Positions 18,964-30,170 of a DNA stretch of 64,000 bases are shown one piece after another. Under the pieces are notes generated by a model. The model did no database searches and was not told the origin of the DNA. It saw nothing but the letters and a program-made list of their open reading frames with translations. The translations under genes and the position numbers were made by a program. The stretch comes from Planctomycetota bacterium (GTDB lineage: Bacteria; Planctomycetota; SZUA-567; H5-PLA8): the NCBI GenBank assembly GCA_038227875.1, contig JBBRPR010000002.1:224001-288000 (forward strand). The letters are read 5' to 3'. The stretch's first letter is position 1. Every line of letters starts with the position of its first letter.

Positions 18964-19252
18964 GGCTCACCTCAAAGAATCACGCTTATTGTACCTGTGG
19001 TACTTCTCTATACGCTACAGCGCTCCAACTTGTGGAACTTTCTTGGAAAACGCCGATTCACAGTAAGATGCACCTCGTAGAACTTAAACTATCGGGACTG
19101 CAATTTCAATATAATACTCGACTTACAAAGCCAATTTTCCGGGTAGCACACTTGCGCTTTTCTGTTGTTCTTTCTCCCCGCGCTGTAGCACACCGTCAAG
19201 AATAGACGAAGTCGGTGGCCAGCGAGCATTTACGGAGTAGATTGAGCCGGCG

Positions 19253-20146
19253 ATGAGTTCCTTTAAATGTGCGTTTTGTGGCTCTCCTTTGTCCGTCCCG
19301 GACACTGGGGTGAAGACCATCGTCTGCCCCAATTGTATGGGTACACTGCCGCTGCCGTCCGAACCTGTTGGTGACGGTCCGCTGGCCGAGTTGCCGAACG
19401 CGCAAAAGGGTTTCCCGTTCATTCATATGTTGCTCGTCGCGCCCCTCGCGATCCTGTTCTTAGGTGTGCTCCTTCAGATGTGGTTGTCCAGGCAGTGGGG
19501 CGCGGCGGCTATCGCAGTGGTGCTGGGAGGAACTGCCGCCGCCGTACTGTTGATCCGCATGCGCGGCCGCTGGACGCTTTTTCGCGTGCTTTGGATCATG
19601 GCGCTTTCGGGCGTGTGGGTCGCGGCCAATTATCACGTGGGTATGCGGAAGCAGTGGGTACAGCGCACGTTCGCTCCGGTGCAGACGGAATTCGCCGGAT
19701 ACGTGCCGCCCCCTTCGCGAGTGGTAACCGCGTCGCGGTTGATTAAGCTCAAGCTTTTTCCGCTCATTCTGCATGGCCGCGGAAAGACGCGCGTGGAAAG
19801 TAACGCGCCGACGCTTCCGATTTCTTCGGAAGACTTTAAGCTCTACGAGGAATTGCCCCCAACTCTGAAGGCCGCGAACGCAGCCGAAGTTCAATCGGTG
19901 GTGGTTGTGAATTGGGGTTGGGACGCAACGACCCGCGCTGGAACGTGCGACATCACCGTGGTCGAACGTAAGACGCGAATGATTCTGGCGGCGACGAAGT
20001 TGACCCATGCGGACACGTCGGCTGAAGCGCACGGTCCAGATTGGCGCGGTGTGCAGCCTTCAGTGAAAGAGGTGTTGAGTTATCTGGAGAAGCTGGGCAT
20101 CGAGGCGGAACGCACACCGCAACCTGAAGCGACTGGGACTGATTGA
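19253..20146 (+). CDS. Hypothetical membrane protein with N-terminal Zn-ribbon
   Basis: CxxC-x15-CxxC followed by three hydrophobic segments. Confidence 0.7.
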   Translation: MSSFKCAFCGSPLSVPDTGVKTIVCPNCMGTLPLPSEPVGDGPLAELPNAQKGFPFIHMLLVAPLAILFLGVLLQMWLSRQWGAAAIAVVLGGTAAAVLLIRMRGRWTLFRVLWIMALSGVWVAANYHVGMRKQWVQRTFAPVQTEFAGYVPPPSRVVTASRLIKLKLFPLILHGRGKTRVESNAPTLPISSEDFKLYEELPPTLKAANAAEVQSVVVVNWGWDATTRAGTCDITVVERKTRMILAATKLTHADTSAEAHGPDWRGVQPSVKEVLSYLEKLGIEAERTPQPEATGTD

Positions 20147-20224
20147 ACAAGATTTGACGATTGGACTGTGACTTGCCGTAACCGTACGACAACACGTTGG
20201 CACACACTGGAAAAACGAACTTAC

Positions 20225-23200
20225 ATGTCGATCCGCGTCGCTCTAAACCACCGTACTGAGTACAAATTTGACCGCTTTGTAACTTTGTCGCCACATACGG
20301 TCCGACTTTCACCAGCCCCGCATGCGCGGACACCGATTTTGAGCCGGTCGCTGTCGATCAAGCCGACGAAGCATTTCATCAACATTCAACAGGACCCGTA
20401 CAGCAACTATCTGGCGCGGATCGTATTTCCCGAGCCTGCGAAAGAATTGGTCATTGATGTCAGCATCATTGCGCAAATGGTGGTGATCAATCCGTTCGAT
20501 TTCTTCGTGGAAGAGTACGCCGAAAATTACCCGTTCACCTACGAGAAGGTGCTCGAACGCGAACTGAAGCCGTTCCTCGAAACCGAACCCCCGACGCCCA
20601 AACTGGCCGCCTTGCTGGAAACGATTCCGCGTCAGAAAAAACGCACGATCAATTTCATCGTCGACATCAATCAGCTGCTCCAGAAGGAGATCCAATACCT
20701 GATCCGCCTGGAACCCGGGGTCCAGGCGTGCGAAGAAACCCTGATGCTCAAATCCGGCTCCTGCCGCGATTCGGCGTGGCTGATGGTGCAGGTCCTGCGC
20801 AACCTGGGGATCGCCGCGCGGTTTGTATCGGGTTACTTGATCCAGCTTACGCAGGACATCAAGTCGCTGGATGGTCCCAGCGGTTCCGCGACGGACTTCA
20901 CCGATCTTCACGCCTGGACGGAAGCGTACCTTCCCGGCGCCGGCTGGGTCGGCTTCGATCCGACCTCGGGCTTGCTCGCGGGCGAAGGACATATCCCGCT
21001 GGCGTGCACGGCCGAACCGTCGAGCGCCGCCCCGGTCTCGGGCGCGGTCGACAAATGCGAATCGGAAATGCATGTGTCGATGACCGTCACGCGCATTCAC
21101 GAAGCGCCGCGCGTGACCAAGCCGTATCCAGAGGAGATCTGGACGGCCATTGACGCGTTGGGAATCAAAGTCGAGTCGGATCTTAAAGAACAGGACGTGC
21201 GCCTGACGATGGGCGGCGAGCCGACGTTTGTGGGCATCGACAATACCGACAACGACGAATGGAACACCGCCGCCGTTGGACCGACCAAGCGCTTCATCGC
21301 CGGAAATCTGATCAAGCGGCTGCGCAGCCGTTTCGCGCCGGGCGGTCTGCTGCATTACGGACAGGGCAAGTGGTATCCCGGCGAATCGCTGCCGCGTTGG
21401 GCGCTGGGCTGTTACTGGCGCAAGGACGGCGAACCGATCTGGAACGATCCGGAGCTGATCGCCAAGGAAGATGCGAACGAAGGTTTCGACGCCGCGCGCG
21501 CATCGCACTTTATCCGCGAGCTGGCGCAGCGGCTGGATGTCGACCCGGCCTGTTCGATTCCCGGCTACGAAGACGTCTGGCAGTACATGCTCGCCGAACG
21601 CCGCCTGCCGGCGAACGTCGATCCGCTCGACAATCGTCTTGACGATCCCGAGACGCGCAAACGACTCAGCAAGGTTTTCGATCAGGGACTCGAAAAAATC
21701 ATCGGCTACGCGCTGCCGCTGGAACGGCGCTACTTCAACGACAGCACGCGCTGGGCGACGGGACGCTGGTTCTTCCGGCGCGAGCACCTTTACCTGATCC
21801 CCGGCGATTCGCCGATGGGATTCCGCTTGCCGCTGGATTCGCATCCGTGGTCGCCGAAAGACGAGCGCGCGATCTATCCGCTCGATCCGCTCGCCGCCGC
21901 TCGGGAAGCGCTGCCGCCGTTCGCGAACTTGCGTCCGGGCGCCCAATTCATTCCCGGCGCGCACCTGCACCCGGGCCAACGCGCCGTGGTTGCCAACAAT
22001 CCGCGCGAATGGGCCGCGCAGCGCCTGTTCTGGCCGCGCAACGCGGGGAAACCGTACTCGGGTGCCGCGCCCGTGCCGCCGTTGCGTTCGCCAATTCCCG
22101 ATAAGAAACGCGAGCCGCAGCAGTTCGACGTGATCCGCACGGCGCTGTGTGTGGAACCGCGCAACGGCCATCTCTACATCTTCATGCCGCCGCAGCGTTA
22201 CTTGGAGGATTACCTGATCCTCGCCGCCGCGATTGAAGACACGGCCCGCGAACTGGGCACGCCGGTGGTGATCGAAGGGTACACCCCGCCGGACGACGCG
22301 CGGCTCAACGCGATTAAGGTCACGCCTGATCCGGGCGTAATTGAAGTCAACATTCACCCGGCGACGTCGTGGCAGGATCTCTCGAAGAACACGGAGATTC
22401 TCTACGCCGAAGCGCACCAGTCGCGCCTGCAGGCGGTGAAGTACATGATCGATGGCCGCCAGACCGGCACCGGCGGCGGCAATCACATTGTCATCGGTGG
22501 CGGCACGCCCGAAGACAGTCCGATTCTGCGCCGGCCCGATGTGCTGAAATCGCTGATCGCCTTCTGGCACAACCATCCGGCGCTGTCGTATTTGTTCTCG
22601 GGCATGTTCATCGGTCCGACCAGCCAGCATCCGCGCATCGACGAAGCGCGCCACGATTCGCTCTATGAGCTGGAGATCGCGTTCAAGAATATTCCCGACG
22701 GTGGCAACGTTCCGCCGTGGCTGGTCGACCGGACGCTGCGCAATCTGCTCATTGATTGCACCGGCAACACGCACCGCACGGAATTCTGCATCGACAAACT
22801 CTACTCGCCGGATACAGCCAGCGGACGCCTGGGCCTGGTCGAAATCCGCTCCTTTGAAATGCCGCCGCACGAACGCATGAGCCTCGCGCAGCAGCTGCTG
22901 ATTCGCGGCATGCTCTCCACATTCTGGAAGACGCCGTACAAGCAGAAGCTGGCGCGCTGGGGCACGGAACTGCACGACCGTTTCATGCTGCCGCATTTCG
23001 TGAAGCAGGATTTCCAGGACGCGCTGCTGGAACTCAACGACCGCGGACTGCCGTTCTCGATGGACTGGTTCCTGCCGCACTTCGAATTCCGCTTCCCGGA
23101 ACTTGGCGCTTTCGCGCAGCAGGGCATTCACGTCGAACTGCGCGCGGCGCTTGAGCCGTGGCACGTGCTGGGTGAAGAAAACAGCCCGGGCGGCGTGGCT

Positions 23201-23638
23201 CGGTACGTCGATTCGTCCGTGGAACGTCTGCAGGTGAAAGTCAAAGGCATGACCGACACGCGACATTCCGTGGTCTGCAACGGACACGCGCTGCCGCTCC
23301 ATCCGACGGGAACCAACGGCGAATTCGTCGCCGGTGTGCGCTACCGCGCGTGGCAGCCGCCAAGTTGCCTGCACCCGACGATCCCGATCGATTCGCCACT
23401 GGCGTTTGATCTCTACGACAGCTGGAACAAACGCATGGTCGGCGGTTGCACGTACCACGTTGTCCATCCCGGCGGCCTCAGTTACGAGACGCTGCCGATC
23501 AACGCCAACTCCGCCGAAGCGCGCCGCATTGGACGATTCTCCATTATCCGCCAGAGGCCCGGCGCCATGGAGGTGACGGAGCCCGAGCGCAATCCGGAAT
23601 TCCCGTTCACTCTCGATCTCAGAAAAACGATGAAATAA
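20225..23638 (+). CDS. Transglutaminase-like domain fused to a DUF2126 putative amidoligase
   Basis: GSCRDSAW, ARFVSGYLIQL, DLHAW, FDPTSG; LTMGGEPTFV, VTPDPGVIEVN, GTGGGNH, GNTHRTEFCIDK. Confidence 0.92.
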   Translation: MSIRVALNHRTEYKFDRFVTLSPHTVRLSPAPHARTPILSRSLSIKPTKHFINIQQDPYSNYLARIVFPEPAKELVIDVSIIAQMVVINPFDFFVEEYAENYPFTYEKVLERELKPFLETEPPTPKLAALLETIPRQKKRTINFIVDINQLLQKEIQYLIRLEPGVQACEETLMLKSGSCRDSAWLMVQVLRNLGIAARFVSGYLIQLTQDIKSLDGPSGSATDFTDLHAWTEAYLPGAGWVGFDPTSGLLAGEGHIPLACTAEPSSAAPVSGAVDKCESEMHVSMTVTRIHEAPRVTKPYPEEIWTAIDALGIKVESDLKEQDVRLTMGGEPTFVGIDNTDNDEWNTAAVGPTKRFIAGNLIKRLRSRFAPGGLLHYGQGKWYPGESLPRWALGCYWRKDGEPIWNDPELIAKEDANEGFDAARASHFIRELAQRLDVDPACSIPGYEDVWQYMLAERRLPANVDPLDNRLDDPETRKRLSKVFDQGLEKIIGYALPLERRYFNDSTRWATGRWFFRREHLYLIPGDSPMGFRLPLDSHPWSPKDERAIYPLDPLAAAREALPPFANLRPGAQFIPGAHLHPGQRAVVANNPREWAAQRLFWPRNAGKPYSGAAPVPPLRSPIPDKKREPQQFDVIRTALCVEPRNGHLYIFMPPQRYLEDYLILAAAIEDTARELGTPVVIEGYTPPDDARLNAIKVTPDPGVIEVNIHPATSWQDLSKNTEILYAEAHQSRLQAVKYMIDGRQTGTGGGNHIVIGGGTPEDSPILRRPDVLKSLIAFWHNHPALSYLFSGMFIGPTSQHPRIDEARHDSLYELEIAFKNIPDGGNVPPWLVDRTLRNLLIDCTGNTHRTEFCIDKLYSPDTASGRLGLVEIRSFEMPPHERMSLAQQLLIRGMLSTFWKTPYKQKLARWGTELHDRFMLPHFVKQDFQDALLELNDRGLPFSMDWFLPHFEFRFPELGAFAQQGIHVELRAALEPWHVLGEENSPGGVARYVDSSVERLQVKVKGMTDTRHSVVCNGHALPLHPTGTNGEFVAGVRYRAWQPPSCLHPTIPIDSPLAFDLYDSWNKRMVGGCTYHVVHPGGLSYETLPINANSAEARRIGRFSIIRQRPGAMEVTEPERNPEFPFTLDLRKTMK

Positions 23639-23836
23639 TTTACTCCGCGCCGACAAATCGCTACAATACGTGTTCGGCGCTGGGGGGCGCATAGCAGCCC
23701 GTTGATAAACCTAAGGCCTGCGCCGTGAAACGCGTACTGCCAGGCGTTTCACGGAGAAGTTTGGCGGACTTTACTTTTTCAACGGGCTGTAAGCAGAGCT
23801 TTGACCGGCGGCGCCGGTTGAAGTTCAGGAAGAGCA

Positions 23837-26416
23837 ATGCAAGAACAGAGTCAGACGTCGCAAAATCCCAAGGACCCCGGCATTCCCAGTGCGCTCAGCG
23901 CGGAGTGGCGTGCCGACTATCATCCCGCCGCGGACGCTTATGATGAAGTTTATTCCGGACCCGGCACGTTCCGGCCGCATTGGGACACGTTCATCAAGCA
24001 GTTCGACACGCTGGGCGAACAGGAACTCAACCGCCGCTGGGAACAAGCGCGGCGCCTGATTCACGAAAACGGCGTCACCTACAACGTCTACGGCAATCCC
24101 CAGGGCATGAACCGCACGTGGGATCTCGACGCGCTACCGTTGCTGATTTCCGCCGAAGAATGGAAGCATCTCGAACGCGGCCTGGTTCAGCGCGCGACTC
24201 TGATCAACGAAATTCTGGCCGATCTGTACGGCGAACAGAAGCTGCTCCACAAGGGACTGCTGCCGCCGGAATTGATTTTCGCGCATCCCGGATTTTTGCG
24301 CGCCTGCCATCGCCTGCCTGTGCACAACCGCCAGCATCTGACGCTCTACTCCGTCGATATTGGCCGCGGCGCAGACGGACGTTTCCTGGCGATCGCCGAC
24401 CGGACGCAGTCGCCGGCTGGCGCTGGCTACGTGCTCGAAAACCGCATCGTTTTCTCGCGCATTTTTCCCGACGTTTTCAAAGCCTGTCACATTCAGCGCC
24501 TCGCGCTGTTCTTCCGGCGCATGCGCCAGACGCTCACTTCCCTGGCGCCGCACAACCGCGACAACCCGCGCATCGTGTTGCTCACGCCCGGACCTTTCAA
24601 CGAGACGTACTTCGAGCACGCGTACCTCGCGCGCTACCTGAACTACACGCTGGTTGAAGGCGGCGACCTGACCGTACGCGATGGGTGTCTTTACTGGAAG
24701 ACGCTGGGGGGGCTGCACCGCGTCGACGTGCTGTTGCGAAGACTCGATGACGACTTCTGCGATCCGCTGGAACTGCGTCCCGATTCCTCGCTGGGCGTCG
24801 CCGGGCTGGTGGAGGCGGTGCGCGCTGGCAATCTCGCCGTCGCCAATCCGCTTGGGACCGGGCTGCTGGAGACTCCGGCGCTCAACGCGTTCTTGCCGTC
24901 GCTCGCGCGCCATTTGCTCAACGACGATTTGATCCTGCCGACGGTCAGCACATTCTGGTGCGGCAAACCCGAATGGCTCAGCCATGTCGTCGCCAATATT
25001 CAGAAGATGGTGATCAAACCGACGTACCCCGGCACGGCCATCGAGCCGGTGTACTGCGGGCATCTGTCGGCTGACGAACGCAGCGCCCTGGTCAATGCCA
25101 TCAAGGCCAACCCGACTGCGTATGTGGCGCAGGAACAGGTCGCGCTTTCGACTGTTCCGGTCTGGCACGCCGGAAAACTGCAGCCGCGACAGGCGGCGCT
25201 GCGCACGTACCTCGTTGCCGCGGACAAAACGTTCGACCTGATGCCCGGCGGTCTCACGCAGATTCTACGCGAAGGCGAAACGCTGATGTTTTCGCTTCAG
25301 CACAGCAGCGGCAGCAAGGATACGTGGGTCCAGGCCAGCGGCCCGATCAGCGACTTTTCCATGCTGCAGCCCGCGGGGCAGAATCTGGCCATCAGCCGCG
25401 GCGGAAGCGATCTGCCTAGCCGCGTTGCGGACAATCTGTTCTGGCTGGGCCGTTATGTCGAGCGTGCTGAATCGATGGTCCGCCTGCTGCGCACGATCCT
25501 GGTGCGGCTCTCCGACAAATCCGTCTCGCTGGACGTCCACGAACTGCCGATCCTCATGTTTGCGTTCAAGCATCAGCGCCTGCGCGCCGAACACTTCAAT
25601 CCGGAAAAAAAGCGCGCCGTACAGGCCGACGAGCTTGGCGATGTGCTCAAGGAAACATTCAGCCCCGGCGGTCTGTACGAAACGCTGGGTCTGCTCCAGT
25701 CCGTCGCGCGGACCGTGCGCGACCGACTGTCCAACGATGCCTGGCGCGTGATCTTGAGCCTCGACGAATCCGTCTGGCCCAAGGGCCGCAACGAACGCAT
25801 TCACGAACAGATTGCGCGGCTGAATTTCATGCTCACCACGCTCGCCTCGTTTGGCGGACTGGCCAGCGAGAGCATGACGCGCGGGCAGGTCTGGCGTTTT
25901 GTCGACATGGGCCGGCGCCTGGAGCGCGCCATCAATCTCGCGCGCTTCGTCTGCAGTACAATGGTGAAATCGGATGTCGCCGAAGGTTCACTGCTGGAAG
26001 CTGTGCTTGAAGTCGCCGACAGCCTGATGACCTATCGGCGCCGTTATCTCGCGTCGCTGCAGCTGGCGCCCATTATCGATTTGCTGCTGATCGACCAGAC
26101 CAATCCGCGCTCAATGGCTTTCCAGTTGGAAGCGCTGGGCGAACACGTAAAGAATTTACCTGGAGACAGCCGCACACCCTTCTTTACGCAGCAGGAAAAA
26201 ATCGTCTTCGGTGCAACGGCGAGCCTCCGGCTGATTGATCTCGACGCCGTGTGCAAGCCTGCCGCCGAGACGGGTATCCGCCGCGATCTGGAAGCGCTGC
26301 TGGTGAAACTCGAAACCGACATGGGCAAGCTCTCCGACCTGATCACGCGCGATTACCTCAGCCACGCCCAGAGTTCGCGGCAGCTGGCGACTTTTTCACG
26401 TGAGGGCGCGTTTTGA
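23837..26416 (+). CDS. Circularly permuted type 2 ATP-grasp protein fused to an alpha-E domain
   Basis: [64 protein letters not shown]. Confidence 0.93.
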   Translation: MQEQSQTSQNPKDPGIPSALSAEWRADYHPAADAYDEVYSGPGTFRPHWDTFIKQFDTLGEQELNRRWEQARRLIHENGVTYNVYGNPQGMNRTWDLDALPLLISAEEWKHLERGLVQRATLINEILADLYGEQKLLHKGLLPPELIFAHPGFLRACHRLPVHNRQHLTLYSVDIGRGADGRFLAIADRTQSPAGAGYVLENRIVFSRIFPDVFKACHIQRLALFFRRMRQTLTSLAPHNRDNPRIVLLTPGPFNETYFEHAYLARYLNYTLVEGGDLTVRDGCLYWKTLGGLHRVDVLLRRLDDDFCDPLELRPDSSLGVAGLVEAVRAGNLAVANPLGTGLLETPALNAFLPSLARHLLNDDLILPTVSTFWCGKPEWLSHVVANIQKMVIKPTYPGTAIEPVYCGHLSADERSALVNAIKANPTAYVAQEQVALSTVPVWHAGKLQPRQAALRTYLVAADKTFDLMPGGLTQILREGETLMFSLQHSSGSKDTWVQASGPISDFSMLQPAGQNLAISRGGSDLPSRVADNLFWLGRYVERAESMVRLLRTILVRLSDKSVSLDVHELPILMFAFKHQRLRAEHFNPEKKRAVQADELGDVLKETFSPGGLYETLGLLQSVARTVRDRLSNDAWRVILSLDESVWPKGRNERIHEQIARLNFMLTTLASFGGLASESMTRGQVWRFVDMGRRLERAINLARFVCSTMVKSDVAEGSLLEAVLEVADSLMTYRRRYLASLQLAPIIDLLLIDQTNPRSMAFQLEALGEHVKNLPGDSRTPFFTQQEKIVFGATASLRLIDLDAVCKPAAETGIRRDLEALLVKLETDMGKLSDLITRDYLSHAQSSRQLATFSREGAF

Positions 26417-27282
26417 AATACCGGATCCACCACCGCACCGCGTACGTGTACGCCGGCGGCGTGACACTCTGCCACAACATCCTGCACCTCAAGCCGCGCA
26501 AGACGCCACGTCAGACGTGCCTGTCGGCGAAGCTGTCGATTACGCCGGAACCGGCCGTGGTGCGAGAGTATCCCGACTACTTCGGCAACCTCATCACGTA
26601 TTTCTGCATCGAAGAACGCCACGAATCGCTCGACATCCTGGCGCAGAGCGAAGTCGAGGTCGCTGCGTTCACGCCCCCGCTGGTGGAATTCACGCCGCCG
26701 TGGGAGGACGTGCGCGATACGCTCAACTACAATGCGCCCGCGCATCTCGATGCCATTCAGTACAAGGTTCCATCCGATCACGTGATTCTCGACGAGACCG
26801 TCGCGGCCTACGCGCTGCAATCGTTCACGCCGCGACGGCCGATCCTCGCCGCCGCACAGGACCTGACGACGCGCATCCATCGCGATTTCAAATACGACAC
26901 GACCGCGACATCGATCAACACCGCGCCGCAGGAAGTGATGCGGATCCGCAAAGGCGTCTGTCAGGATTTCGCGCATCTGCAGATCGCGTGTTTCCGGGCG
27001 ATCGGGCTGGCGGCACGGTATGTCAGCGGCTATTTGCAGACGCGACCGGCCGGCGATCCACAGAAACTCGTCGGCGCCGATGCCTCGCACGCCTGGGTCG
27101 CGTTTTACTGTCCGGAATTTGGTTGGATTGATCTCGATCCCACGAATAACCTCGTCCCGTCGGAGCGCCACGTCACCGTAAGCTGGGGACGGGACTACGC
27201 GGATGTCAGTCCGGTAAAAGGGGTGATCATTGGCGGGGGACGGCATACGATCTCCGTTGGAGTGGATGTCGCTGCGATTTAA
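26413..27282 (+). CDS. Transglutaminase family protein
   Basis: GVCQDFAH, ARYVSGY, ASHAW, LDPTN, GRDYADVSP; start overlaps upstream stop. Confidence 0.93.
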   Translation: MKYRIHHRTAYVYAGGVTLCHNILHLKPRKTPRQTCLSAKLSITPEPAVVREYPDYFGNLITYFCIEERHESLDILAQSEVEVAAFTPPLVEFTPPWEDVRDTLNYNAPAHLDAIQYKVPSDHVILDETVAAYALQSFTPRRPILAAAQDLTTRIHRDFKYDTTATSINTAPQEVMRIRKGVCQDFAHLQIACFRAIGLAARYVSGYLQTRPAGDPQKLVGADASHAWVAFYCPEFGWIDLDPTNNLVPSERHVTVSWGRDYADVSPVKGVIIGGGRHTISVGVDVAAI

Positions 27283-27295
27283 GAGAGGTTTTTAT

Positions 27296-27325
27296 TGCGG
27301 ATTTCGGATTGCGGATTTCGGATTA
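27296..27325. repeat. Heptamer tandem repeat (CGGATTK)4
   Basis: TGCGGATTTCGGATTGCGGATTTCGGATTA. Confidence 0.8.
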
Positions 27326-27556
27326 GATTGGCGTGCACTCAGGAGAAGTGATTCGTTTTTCAAGGACTGGAATACGTCACTGGGAGCAGGCATTGCCGAT
27401 CTAATCCTCAATGCTGTTGAATGCTGTTTCTGCTCGCAGTGTTTGGTTTTGTACAGAGTGGTGTAAAGAAGTCGAAAACACTCACGTGTGCGCCTCACGA
27501 TCAACTGGCGCAGGATTTGCCGCTGGTGTAATGCAATCATCTGTGGGGACATCTTT

Positions 27557-28987
27557 GTGAGTTTTTCGGCGTACCGGACCGACGGTTTTTACGATGAACT
27601 TTTTGAATCCGACGGGCGACCCCGCGCGACGGCGCAGATTCTCATTGACCGGCTCTCATCGCTAAGCGACCTTGAGATTGCGCGCCGCCAGCAGGACGCC
27701 GAAACCGCGTTCCTGCGAATGGGAATCACGTTCAACGTCTACGGCGACGGCGCCGGCACCGAAAAGATTTTCCCATTCGACCTGATTCCGCGCATCGTTG
27801 AAGCAAAAGAATGGGAGTGGATCGAACGCGGCCTCAAGCAGCGCATCCATGTCCTCAATCTCTTCATCAACGACATTTATCACGATCAGAAGATCATCAA
27901 AGATGGAGTCATTCCCGAAGAGATCATCAAGTCGGCGAAATCGTTCCGGCCACAGTGCCTGGGCCTGAAGCCGCCACGCGGCATCTGGTGTCATGTCACC
28001 GGTACTGATCTGGTGCGCAACGGTGACGGCACGGTTTACGTGCTGGAAGACAATCTGCGCTGCCCGTCGGGCGTCTCGTACGTGCTGGAAAACCGCCAGG
28101 TGATGAAGCGCACGTTCCCGCAGGTCTTCGAAAAGTCGCACGTTCGCCCGGTGGAGGATTATCCCAACCGCCTGCTCGACGCGCTCCATTACGTCTGCCC
28201 GAACATCGAAAATCCCTGCGCCGCGCTGATGACGCCGGGCATCTACAATTCCGCGTATTACGAACACGCGTTCCTCGCGCAGCAGATGGGCATCGAACTG
28301 GTCGAAGGCCGCGACCTGGTCGTCGCCGATGGTCAGTTGAATATGCGCACGACCAAGGGCCTGCGCCGGGTTGATGTACTCTACCGCCGCGTCGACGACG
28401 ATTTTCTCGACCCGGAAGCGTTCCGCGCCGATTCCATGCTCGGCGTCGCGGGTCTGATGGAAGTCTACAAATCCGGCCGCGTCGCGCTGGTCAATGCGCC
28501 GGGCACTGGCATCGCCGACGACAAGGTCATCTACGCCTATGTGCCGGCGATGATCAAGTACTACCTCAAAGAAGACCCGATCCTCTCCAACGTGCCCACG
28601 TACCTCTGCTGGGAAAAGAAAGACCGCGATCACACGCTGGCGAATCTCGAAAAGCTCGTCGTCAAAGCCGCCAACGAATCCGGCGGTTACGGCATGCTGA
28701 TTGGACCGAGCTCCACCGCCGCGCAGCGGGACGAATTCGCCGCCAAGATCAACGCCAATCCGCGCAATTACATCGCGCAGCCCACGCTCTCGCTCTCGCG
28801 CGTGCCGGTACTGGTCAATTCGAACTATGAAGGCCGGCATGTGGACTTGCGTCCGTACATCATTTACGGCAAAGATATTTACGTGCTTCCCGGCGGCCTG
28901 ACGCGCGTGGCGCTGAAAAAAGGTTCGCTGGTCGTGAATTCGTCACAGGGCGGTGGCAGCAAAGATACGTGGGTCCTCTTTCGATAG
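27557..28987 (+). CDS. Circularly permuted type 2 ATP-grasp protein
   Basis: [49 protein letters not shown] start 27557. Confidence 0.94.
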   Translation: MSFSAYRTDGFYDELFESDGRPRATAQILIDRLSSLSDLEIARRQQDAETAFLRMGITFNVYGDGAGTEKIFPFDLIPRIVEAKEWEWIERGLKQRIHVLNLFINDIYHDQKIIKDGVIPEEIIKSAKSFRPQCLGLKPPRGIWCHVTGTDLVRNGDGTVYVLEDNLRCPSGVSYVLENRQVMKRTFPQVFEKSHVRPVEDYPNRLLDALHYVCPNIENPCAALMTPGIYNSAYYEHAFLAQQMGIELVEGRDLVVADGQLNMRTTKGLRRVDVLYRRVDDDFLDPEAFRADSMLGVAGLMEVYKSGRVALVNAPGTGIADDKVIYAYVPAMIKYYLKEDPILSNVPTYLCWEKKDRDHTLANLEKLVVKAANESGGYGMLIGPSSTAAQRDEFAAKINANPRNYIAQPTLSLSRVPVLVNSNYEGRHVDLRPYIIYGKDIYVLPGGLTRVALKKGSLVVNSSQGGGSKDTWVLFR

Positions 28988-28994
28988 GTTTTGA

Positions 28995-30017
28995 ATGCTC
29001 AGCCGCGTTGCCGACTCTATTTTCTGGATGAACCGCTACATCGAACGCGCCGAGAACGTGGCGCGCTTCATCGACGTGAACTGGCACCTGATGCTCGATT
29101 CCGATGGCAGTGCCGCCGACGATCAGTGGCTGGCGTTGGTCAACACCACGGGGGATCACGCCGAATTCGCCAAGCACTACGACAAAGTCACCCGCGACAA
29201 CGTCATCAAGTTCCTGAGCTTTGACGAGAACAACGGAAATTCGATTCTCCGCTGCGTCCGCGCCGCGCGCGAAAATGCGCGCACCGTTCGCGATGTCATT
29301 TCGTCCGAAATGTGGGAGCAGATCAACACGTTCCATTTAATGGTGCGTGAAGCCAGTGCCTCCGGTAAGGCCCTAGAATCGCCGCACGAATTTTTCAACC
29401 AGGTCAAGAACGCCAGCCATCTGTTCCTTGGAATTACCGACACGACCATGTCGCACGGCGAAGGTTGGAACTTCGCGCGGCTGGGCCAGATGATCGAGCG
29501 CTGCGACAAGACCTCGCGCATTCTCGACGTCAAATACAACATGCTCAACGCCCGCAACACTGCCGACGCCGACGCGATCCAGTGGGCCGCGATTTTGAAA
29601 TCCGCCAGCGCGCTGGAAATGTACCGCAAGACGCACCGCCGCATCACGCCCGAGCGCGTGGTCGAATTCCTGATGTTCGATTTCGAATTTCCGCGCGCCG
29701 TGCTTTTCTGCCTCGCCGCCGCCGACCATGCGTTGCACAGCATCACGCACACGCCGCAGGGACAGGCGAAGATGCCCGCCGAGCAGCTCATGAGCGAACT
29801 TTACCGTGACCTGACGACGACCACGGTGAGCGACGTTCTAGCTTCCGGACTGCATCAGTATGTCGACGCGCTGCAGACGCGCCTGAATCAAGTCGGCATC
29901 GCCATCGACAACGATTTCTTCTCGTCAGAAGAAACGTTGCCGGTCAAGAAGTCGACGCAGATTCTGACTCAGACTCAGACCCAAGGCGCCAGCGTACAGA
30001 CCCAGAAGCAAGGCTGA
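28995..30017 (+). CDS. Alpha-E domain protein
   Basis: MLSRVADSIFWMNRYIERAEN, ARENAR, IERCDKTSR; Gln/Thr-rich tail. Confidence 0.93.
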   Translation: MLSRVADSIFWMNRYIERAENVARFIDVNWHLMLDSDGSAADDQWLALVNTTGDHAEFAKHYDKVTRDNVIKFLSFDENNGNSILRCVRAARENARTVRDVISSEMWEQINTFHLMVREASASGKALESPHEFFNQVKNASHLFLGITDTTMSHGEGWNFARLGQMIERCDKTSRILDVKYNMLNARNTADADAIQWAAILKSASALEMYRKTHRRITPERVVEFLMFDFEFPRAVLFCLAAADHALHSITHTPQGQAKMPAEQLMSELYRDLTTTTVSDVLASGLHQYVDALQTRLNQVGIAIDNDFFSSEETLPVKKSTQILTQTQTQGASVQTQKQG

Positions 30018-30170
30018 GCCGCACCCGTTCATCATTCATAATTCATAGATCATCGTTATCCGTTCTGTGAACACGTGCAGCAGGTTCTTCCGAACTCTGC
30101 TGTTTTCGCGTGAAAGATTCCTGCACGCCGTCCGTTCAGTACACAGACCCGACGATGCGAGGAATTTTGT

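Noticed and set aside
18988..19006. GTACCTGTGGTAC upstream of the GntR-LacI gene as an operator
   Set aside because: Too short to support without comparative data
20309..23692. 1127-aa minus-strand ORF
   Set aside because: Antisense shadow of the TGase-DUF2126 gene; long shadows are expected in high-GC coding DNA and it has no recognisable motifs
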